Assembly (NCBI GenBank): GCA_026388545.1
Contig: JAPLJS010000114.1
Span: forward strand, 94,737-158,736
DNA from: Deltaproteobacteria bacterium
GTDB taxonomy: Bacteria; Desulfobacterota; Syntrophia; Syntrophales; UBA2185
Direction: 5' to 3'
DNA: 64,000 nucleotides
The translations under genes and the position numbers were made by a program. Below, in pieces: positions 58,998 to 64,000 of the stretch. How positions within the stretch are numbered: position 1 is the first letter of the stretch; the number at the start of each line of letters is the position of its first letter. The notes under the pieces are model-generated. The model made no database searches. It was not told the DNA's origin and was given only the letters and a program-made list of their open reading frames with translations.

Positions 58998-59220
58998 GGA
59001 GTTCCTCACGGGTTGCCATTATTTTACCTCCTAGGTGAAAACCAGCTTTGAGATCGGAAAGAGCTTTTCTTTTTGAGAATTCATATTGTTCCTCTTCCCT
59101 GGTCATCCTGGCTAATTCTTCGCCGAGGATTTTACTGATAGACATCCTTCTCTGGGCAGCAATGATCCGGGCCTTTCGGATTAGATCCTTGTCGAGACTT
59201 AGTGTGATGTTTTGTTTCAT
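58987..59220 (-). CDS. VapB-type antitoxin (RHH-like)
   Basis: MKQNITLSLDKDLIRKARIIAAQRRMSISKILGEEL. GGAGG RBS before the ATG at 59220; the longer track ORF is not supported. Confidence 0.6.
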   Translation of the reverse strand: MKQNITLSLDKDLIRKARIIAAQRRMSISKILGEELARMTREEEQYEFSKRKALSDLKAGFHLGGKIMATREELHER

Positions 59221-59342
59221 GGTGTCCTCCGTGATAGTTAATGCACGTATATTACGTGTACCATGGGAAGTATCATATCTGCAAGAGTTATTTTTTGATT
59301 CCCCCTGTTGGAAAAAACGAGCTGTGAAAAACAATCCTTCCT

Positions 59343-59414
59343 GTCATTCCCGTGCAAACGGGAATCCAGGAAGTATCTGGAAATACTGGATTCCTGATTT
59401 CGGAGGGAGGGACA
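59343..59414. repeat. Bipartite REP-like element (GTCATTCCCGTGCAAACGGGAATCC ... CTGGATTCCTGATTTCGGAGGGAGGGACA)
   Basis: Read directly from the sequence. Confidence 0.6.
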
Positions 59415-59521
59415 AGACGAGTGGTTTTATGGTAATCTAAACGGTTGTGGCAAAGCTTGACATGTTGCTGCATAACTGTGATCAAATTATTGTAAAGTGT
59501 AATCATTGACGGGAGGGATAT

Positions 59522-59640
59522 ATGGTAAGAACGCAGATACAGTTGCCGGAAGAACAGGTAGCTATGCTGAAAAAAATGGCCGCAGCCCAGCATAAATCAA
59601 TGGCTGAGATTATCAGGCAGGCTATTCCTCATTGCCGCGT
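59522..59640 (+). pseudogene. Orphan RHH antitoxin N-terminal fragment
   Basis: MVRTQIQLPEEQVAMLKKMAAAQHKSMAEIIRQAI is a CopG/RHH pattern. The remainder of the ORF is unrelated and no toxin gene follows. Confidence 0.4.
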
Positions 59641-59738
59641 CCACCTTCTCCATGAGTTCGTCAGGTACAGCGCCGAGTTTAAGGCAGTATTTTGTATGAA
59701 AGGCACCGGATACCGGTTTTCACCGGTATGACGACGGA

Positions 59739-59815
59739 GGAAATCCCCCTGCATCCCCCTTTACAAAAGGGGGAATTTAAATGGTAAAGAAATGGAGGGA
59801 CAGCGACTCATTTTT
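59739..59815 (+). repeat. ~75-nt repeat GGAAATCCCCCTGCATCCCCCTTTACAAAAGGGGGAATTTAAATGGTAA..GACAGCG.., copy 1
   Basis: The first 50 nt or so are identical to 61487... Contains the hairpin TCCCCCTTT-ACAA-AAGGGGGA. Confidence 0.8.
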
Positions 59816-60012
59816 TCTGCATTATTCCTTATTGAGACAAGGTTCCTTAACACGGAATCCGAAAAATAAATATTCGACAAATTAAAACAATTGCGGTAAA
59901 TTTTACACATAAATTGACAAGGCGAGTTGGACATAATTAATAGGTAAAAAGTTCTTCAACTAAGGTAAGTATTATTAATAATCGGCCACAGTCGAAAAGA
60001 AGGAGGCCAAAA

Positions 60013-60324
60013 ATGCACGAAGAAATCTTAAGAAAAGTCAAAGAAGCCGTTTTGAAACTGGAGCCATCCGCCGAAGTAATTCTTTACGGCTCACGTGCGC
60101 GAGATGATTATCGCGAATACTCGGATTGGGATTTTCTAATCCTATTGGACGGTCATATAGATACCAAGCGAACTGACAGAATACGTTATGCGCTTTATGA
60201 GATAGAATTGGACACAGATCAAATAATCAGCTCCATTGTTCGCAGTCGTCAAGAATGGGACAGCCCCAGGTATTCAGTTGTGCCATTGCACAGTAATGTT
60301 GAAAGAGAAGGAATTCATATATGA
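60013..60324 (+). CDS. Minimal nucleotidyltransferase (MNT) antitoxin of a HEPN-MNT module
   Basis: LYGSRARDDYREYSDWDFLILLD is the GS-x-D-x-D NTase motif. 4-nt overlap with the HEPN gene. Confidence 0.8.
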   Translation: MHEEILRKVKEAVLKLEPSAEVILYGSRARDDYREYSDWDFLILLDGHIDTKRTDRIRYALYEIELDTDQIISSIVRSRQEWDSPRYSVVPLHSNVEREGIHI

Positions 60325-60722
60325 ACAAGGAATTGAACGATCTCATACAATATCGTATCGCCAGGGCACGAGAATCTTTGGATGAAGCAGAAATTCTCGC
60401 CGATTCCGGACATTGGAATGCCTGTGTCAACAGGCTTTACTACGCTTGCTTTTATGCGGTATCAGCATTGTTAAGCAAACATGATCTTTCTTCTTCAAAG
60501 CATTCCGGGTTACGGTCTTTTTTTAACCATAATTTCGTGAAGGCCGGCATTATTCCCAAAGAGACGGCGATAATTTATAATTCTCTTTTCGAGAGAAGGC
60601 AGGAAGGTGATTATGACGTATTTGTCACATTCAAAGAAACCGATGTTAAGCCATGGCATAAAGAGGCGGCAGTGTTTGTTGATACTGTAATAAAGTTGAT
60701 TAAGAAAGATTTGAGGAAATAG
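60321..60722 (+). CDS. HEPN-domain toxin
   Basis: 133 aa. NRLYYACFYAVSALL... and ...FERRQEGDYD (HEPN RX4-6H-like region). Paired with the MNT gene. Confidence 0.75.
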   Translation: MNKELNDLIQYRIARARESLDEAEILADSGHWNACVNRLYYACFYAVSALLSKHDLSSSKHSGLRSFFNHNFVKAGIIPKETAIIYNSLFERRQEGDYDVFVTFKETDVKPWHKEAAVFVDTVIKLIKKDLRK

Positions 60723-60816
60723 GGGGCCAGCGCCCCATTTTCTAAAAACTCATTGCATCAAGGATTCACATGCTGTATATTTATGACTGCATATTACGCA
60801 GTCAAGAGGTGATTTC

Positions 60817-61062
60817 ATGAAAAGACAGGTAGCTTTTACGCTGCGATTTGATCCGGCCTTTTACGAGCGGGTCAAGGCGGTTTCAGCAAGTCGAGGCAGG
60901 AGCGTGACCTCTTTTGTACAGGAGGCCGTGGCCAGAAAGTTGGACGAGGAGGCTGCCGCCTCCCTGTTTCAAGCCTTTACCCTTGTCGGAGAAGATATGG
61001 CGGAAACGAGCGTCGAGTTTGCACGCAATGCCCAACGGGAGGTGGCGCTGAAAGATGTATAA
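60817..61062 (+). CDS. RHH-type antitoxin (MazE/PemI-position)
   Basis: ...FYERVKAVSASRGRSVTSFVQEAVARKL. Overlaps the mazF-like gene by 8 nt. Confidence 0.6.
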   Translation: MKRQVAFTLRFDPAFYERVKAVSASRGRSVTSFVQEAVARKLDEEAAASLFQAFTLVGEDMAETSVEFARNAQREVALKDV

Positions 61063-61405
61063 AGAAGTGCACCGAGGCGACATCTGGTTTGTGGAGTGGT
61101 CACCAGGCCGGGGATCGGAACAGGCCGGCATGAGAACGGCGGTGATCATTCAGACGGACGCGGCGAATCGGAACCCCCATTATCCGAACACGATTGTTCT
61201 GACCATCAGCACAAAAGGCAAGGCGGTTCCCTTCCATGTGTCCGTGAATCCATCTGAGGAAAACGGTCTTAAGGAGACCTCTTTCGTTAAGTGCGAACAG
61301 ATCCTGACCATATCGAAGGAGCGTCTGATTCGCTGCGTGGGACGTCTTGAAAACGAACGACTGGAAACGGTGGCGGCAGCGATTCGCCGTGTGTTGGAAG
61401 TATAG
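61055..61405 (+). CDS. mazF: MazF/PemK-family endoribonuclease toxin, copy 1
   Basis: RGDIWFVEWSPGRGSEQAGMRTAVIIQTD...TIVLTISTKG...SFVKCEQILTISKERL. Confidence 0.85.
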   Translation: MYKEVHRGDIWFVEWSPGRGSEQAGMRTAVIIQTDAANRNPHYPNTIVLTISTKGKAVPFHVSVNPSEENGLKETSFVKCEQILTISKERLIRCVGRLENERLETVAAAIRRVLEV

Positions 61406-61415
61406 GGAAAAATAG

Positions 61416-61480
61416 GGGTTATTGGGGGTTATTGGGGACAGCCACTAATTTGCCAGGAAAATTAGTGGCTGTCCCCAATT
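61416..61480. repeat. GGGGTTATTGGGGGTTATT + perfect palindrome ATTGGGGACAGCCACTAATT-TGCCAGGAA-AATTAGTGGCTGTCCCCAAT
   Basis: 20-bp perfect arms with a 9-nt loop. Arms and loop are identical in the copy at 62328..62376. Confidence 0.85.
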
Positions 61481-61486
61481 AACAGA

Positions 61487-61575
61487 GGAAATCCCCCTGC
61501 ATCCCCCTTTACAAAAGGGGGAATTTAAATGGTAAGAAATGGAAAAAACCGGGATAGCGCCCCTATTTGTTTTTT
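61487..61575 (+). repeat. ~75-nt CCCCCTTTACAAAAGGGGG repeat, copy 2
   Basis: See 59739..59815. Confidence 0.8.
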
Positions 61576-61581
61576 TCCTTC

Positions 61582-61610
61582 TTGACATATCGTATAACGA
61601 TTGTTATACT
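61582..61610 (+). promoter_or_regulatory. Sigma-70-type promoter with embedded palindromic operator upstream of the second mazEF-like pair
   Basis: TTGACA (61582-87), a 17-nt spacer, then TATACT (61605-10). The palindrome GTATAAC-GATT-GTTATAC (61592-61609) spans the spacer and the -10 box. Confidence 0.55.
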
Positions 61611-61667
61611 TTCGCAGGATGTCTAAATTATTGAGCGTTGCCCCTATGTATTACGGAGGTGAATTGT

Positions 61668-61913
61668 ATGAGGAATTTGAAAACGGCCATTTCAATCCCG
61701 GAGAATCTTTTTCTTCAGGCCGACGAAACGGCAAAAGTGCTGGGATTGAATCGCAGTCGATTATATACGGCAGCAATTGCTGAATTTCTGGAGAAGCATC
61801 GGGAAGACAGCATCAAGGCAAAGTTAAACGAGATCTATGCCGATGAGAGTTCTCGGGTCGATCCGATATTTAATAACGCTCAAATGGTGGGGTTAGCAAA
61901 GGAGGACTGGTGA
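61668..61913 (+). CDS. RHH/MazE-position antitoxin
   Basis: MRNLKTAISIPENLFLQADETAKVLGLNRSRLYTAAIAEFL. 4-nt overlap with the toxin gene. ATG at 61668 preferred over the track start. Confidence 0.6.
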   Translation: MRNLKTAISIPENLFLQADETAKVLGLNRSRLYTAAIAEFLEKHREDSIKAKLNEIYADESSRVDPIFNNAQMVGLAKEDW

Positions 61914-62245
61914 AACGGGGTGAGATCTGGTGGGCGGAGCTGCCTGACCCGGCCAGATCTGGACCGGGATTTCGCAGACCTGTGCTGGTGGTTCAGAAAG
62001 ACGCTTTCAATGATAGCGCCATATCAACGGTTGTAGTTGTCGTCATCACCCGAAATCTCCATTTGGCTGAGGCGCCGGGAAATGTCATGCTGCCGAAGAG
62101 AAGCACCGGTCTTCCCCACGATTCGGTGGCAAATATCTCGCAAATTGTCACCATCGACAAACATTTTCTGACAGATTGTGTCAGCATCCTACCTCGCAAC
62201 CTTTTCGATAAGGTTAAAGCAGGTCTCATTCTTATCCTGGGATAA
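61910..62245 (+). CDS. mazF: MazF/PemK (CcdB-fold) family toxin, copy 2
   Basis: RGEIWWAELPDPARSGPGFRRPVLVVQKDAFN...VVVVITRN...SVANISQIVTIDKHFL. Confidence 0.8.
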   Translation: MKRGEIWWAELPDPARSGPGFRRPVLVVQKDAFNDSAISTVVVVVITRNLHLAEAPGNVMLPKRSTGLPHDSVANISQIVTIDKHFLTDCVSILPRNLFDKVKAGLILILG

Positions 62246-62317
62246 TAGGGGGACAGCGCCCCTATTTACGAAAATTCCGTTGACAGTCATGGTCATTTCC
62301 TTGATCTTATCGAAAAG

Positions 62318-62378
62318 GTATTGGGTTATTGGGGACAGCCACTAATTTGCCAGGAAAATTAGTGGCTGTCCCCAATTA
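62318..62378. repeat. GGTATTGGGTTATT + perfect palindrome ATTGGGGACAGCCACTAATT-TGCCAGGAA-AATTAGTGGCTGTCCCCAAT
   Basis: Read directly from the sequence. Confidence 0.85.
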
Positions 62379-62521
62379 ATATGAGGGGATATTTTGAACG
62401 CTAAAAGGCTAAGCACACCATCAAGACCCGACCCCATTTATGTTTTTATTTATGTTGACATTGTGCAGAATCCTACCTATGATGCACAAAAATTAAATGT
62501 TATGTGCATTATGGGTGACAT

Positions 62522-63778
62522 ATGTTGAGAGATATCGTTCTTGTTCAAAAAAGAGAGATGGAAGACCGCCCGCAGGAAAGGTATGTCGAACGGAAGGTAT
62601 TGGTCTCCTGGGACCTCGGCGATGATCTGATCAAGGTCATCACCGGTCCTCGGCGAGCGGGGAAATCATTTTATGCCGTTCACCTTATTCAACAGACAGG
62701 CTCTTACGGCTATGTCAACTTCGATGATGAAAGGTTGGCCGCTGTCGGAGATTACGATGAGATCATCGGGGCCGTAAACACGGTTTACGGAAATCCGCGT
62801 TACCTGCTTTTTGATGAGATTCAGAATCTTCCCCGCTGGGAAATGTTTGTCAATCGCTTGCAGAGGCAGGGGTTCCGGCTTCTGATCACCGGCAGCAACG
62901 CCAATCTGCTCAGTTCGGAGCTGGCCACGCATCTGACGGGTCGTCATACCGCGCGTGCACTGTTTCCCTTTTCTTTCAGCGAGTTCCTGGCAGCGTCGGG
63001 CGATGAGGCTGCCGAGCGGACGGCGGTGGAGAAAATGGCCTCGCTGGATGCCTATGCAGAGCAGGGAGGCTATCCGGAACCCCTACTCAAGAAGATTGAC
63101 CGGCGCGACTACCTGCGCACCCTGCTGCAATCCACCCTGTACAAGGACATCGTCAAACGGTTCAAGATCAGGTCGGTTCAAGGGATCGAAGACCTAACTC
63201 TGTATCTGATGTCGAACATCGCCCGGGAGTATTCCTTGAATGCCGTCTCCGGGGTGACGAAGTGCCGCAGCGTTCATACCGTCGATAAATATATCCGCTA
63301 TCTGCATGAAGCCTACCTGGTTTTTTCGATTCCGCGCTTCTCCTTCAAGGTGAAGGAGCAAGCAGGTCGCAACAGGAAAATCTACTGCACCGATAACGGG
63401 CTGGCGGCATCGGGGGGCTTCCGTTTCAGTGCGGACCGGGGGGCGCTCTATGAAAATCTCGTGGCTGTTGCTCTGAAAAAAGAGGAGATCGCCGGTCGGA
63501 TTTCCCTGTTCTACTGGAAGAGTCCGCAGCATGAGGAAGTGGATTTTGTCGTCAAGGAGGGCCTGCAGGTAGCGAGATTGATCCAGGTCTGCTCCGACAT
63601 TTCGAACCCAAAGACCCTGAAGCGGGAAATGCGGGCGCTGGTCAAGGCTTCGCAGGAATTGCAGTGCGATGAGTTGTTGCTGCTCAACGACCGCGTCGAC
63701 CGGACGGAGACATTTACCTGGCAGGGCGCCGAACGCCCCATCCGGCTGATGCCGCTCTGGAGCTTCTTGGAAAAATAG
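62522..63778 (+). CDS. AAA-type ATPase with DUF4143-like C-terminal domain (second paralogue)
   Basis: Walker A GPRRAGKS and Walker B LLFDEIQ. Same architecture as 32068..33297 but divergent in sequence. Confidence 0.8.
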   Translation: MLRDIVLVQKREMEDRPQERYVERKVLVSWDLGDDLIKVITGPRRAGKSFYAVHLIQQTGSYGYVNFDDERLAAVGDYDEIIGAVNTVYGNPRYLLFDEIQNLPRWEMFVNRLQRQGFRLLITGSNANLLSSELATHLTGRHTARALFPFSFSEFLAASGDEAAERTAVEKMASLDAYAEQGGYPEPLLKKIDRRDYLRTLLQSTLYKDIVKRFKIRSVQGIEDLTLYLMSNIAREYSLNAVSGVTKCRSVHTVDKYIRYLHEAYLVFSIPRFSFKVKEQAGRNRKIYCTDNGLAASGGFRFSADRGALYENLVAVALKKEEIAGRISLFYWKSPQHEEVDFVVKEGLQVARLIQVCSDISNPKTLKREMRALVKASQELQCDELLLLNDRVDRTETFTWQGAERPIRLMPLWSFLEK

Positions 63779-63810
63779 GGGGAAAATCCTGTTTTACGTT
63801 TGGAGAATGG

Positions 63811-63975
63811 ATGTACTTATTTTTTAAGAGGGTCTTTGATTTTGTTGTATCTCTGATTGCGCTGATTCTGGTCTCGCTCGCCTGTTTTTATTGTCGTTAT
63901 GCCCATCCTGAAATTTACTGGTGAAGGATGGGTTTTTTAAATGATCCGCGAATTCTGCCGGTGGGGTGCTTCCTG
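63811..63975 (+). pseudogene. Degenerate sugar transferase (PGT) remnant
   Basis: MYLFFKRVFDFVVSLIALILVS..., ..PILKFTGEGWVF*, ..NDPRILPVGCFLR are pieces collinear with 57615..58310. They carry deletions and stops and are cut off by the GGGGTTATTGGGG repeat. Confidence 0.5.
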
Positions 63976-63976
63976 C

Positions 63977-64000
63977 GGGGTTATTGGGGGTTATTGGGGA
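63977..64000. repeat. Start of a fourth GGGGTTATTGGGGGTTATTGGGGA(CAGCC...) palindrome-family copy, truncated by the window edge
   Basis: Identical to 61416..61439. Confidence 0.7.

Noticed and set aside
59641-59731. The C-terminal part of ORF 59522..59731, and possible toxin remnants on the opposite strand.
   Set aside because: The sequence after ..IRQAI has no recognisable family signature on either strand.
61416-62378. The perfect palindromes between TA cassettes as integron attC sites (a chromosomal cassette array).
   Set aside because: No intI is present in the window. The ends do not fit the RYYYAAC / GTTRRRY core pattern. The stems are perfect, without the extrahelical bases typical of attC. 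The idea is kept only as a cassette-like observation.
29682-64000. The repeated palindromes and hairpins as a possible CRISPR array.
   Set aside because: Copies are kilobases apart and separated by genes, with no regular repeat-spacer periodicity and no cas genes.

Overview
Annotation by eye from the sequence and ORF track only; no searches were run. This 64-kb chromosomal segment is probably from an anaerobic Desulfobacterota/Syntrophales-like bacterium, but that placement is low confidence. It rests only on the repeat families, the Geobacter-like T2SS and the gene content. Layout, left to right: (1) 0-4 kb holds surface-glycan genes: epimerase tail, PglC-like sugar transferase, PglF/CapD-like dehydratase, GT9. 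(2) 4.1-5.9 kb is a decay zone: a GalE fragment joined to a ParE fragment, a small-ORF/nucleotidyltransferase pair, a formyltransferase fragment and a solo IS end. (3) 6.3-7.9 kb holds an FKBP isomerase and a lytic transglycosylase. (4) A type II secretion system lies entirely on the minus strand in two blocks. gspG-gspD is at 10.6-7.9 kb. gspE-F-H-I-J-K-L-M-C-like is at 29.1-20.2 kb and runs straight into a multi-PAS kinase and a NarL-type regulator. The two blocks share a roughly 100-nt conserved upstream element. (5) Between the blocks (11.6-16.9 kb, plus strand) is an operon of FixH/YtkA-like, beta-barrel, FMN_bind-like, FtsX-ABC and two NosL-family genes, read here as a copper-handling module. 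(6) 29.4-33.3 kb is a TA/defence islet: HicBA, AbiEii-like, a Fic remnant and a DUF4143 ATPase. (7) 33.5-36.8 kb is a GC-rich gene for a 1111-aa multicopper oxidase with three near-identical C-terminal repeats, bracketed by IS-end remnants. (8) 37.2-48.8 kb is a phosphonate-glycan locus: cytidylyltransferase-PepM fusion, Ppd, Fe-ADH, flippase, TagF-like transferase, GT2, Wzy-like protein and DUF4838. (9) 49.2-53.9 kb is a pile-up of mobile elements: an intact IS5-family element, an AT-rich methyltransferase, a truncated group II intron and a full-length one. (10) 53.9-58.3 kb holds further sugar genes: a GT4 lacking a start codon, a PGT remnant, an acetyltransferase, a DegT aminotransferase and a PGT. 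(11) 58.4-63.8 kb is a TA island (VapBC, MNT-HEPN, two MazEF-type pairs, DUF4143 ATPase) punctuated by perfect 20-24 bp palindromes. The best candidate for a novel system is the split T2SS, the NosL/ABC copper module and the giant multicopper oxidase taken as one functional unit. The second-best candidate is the 2-hydroxyethylphosphonate-type glycan locus.
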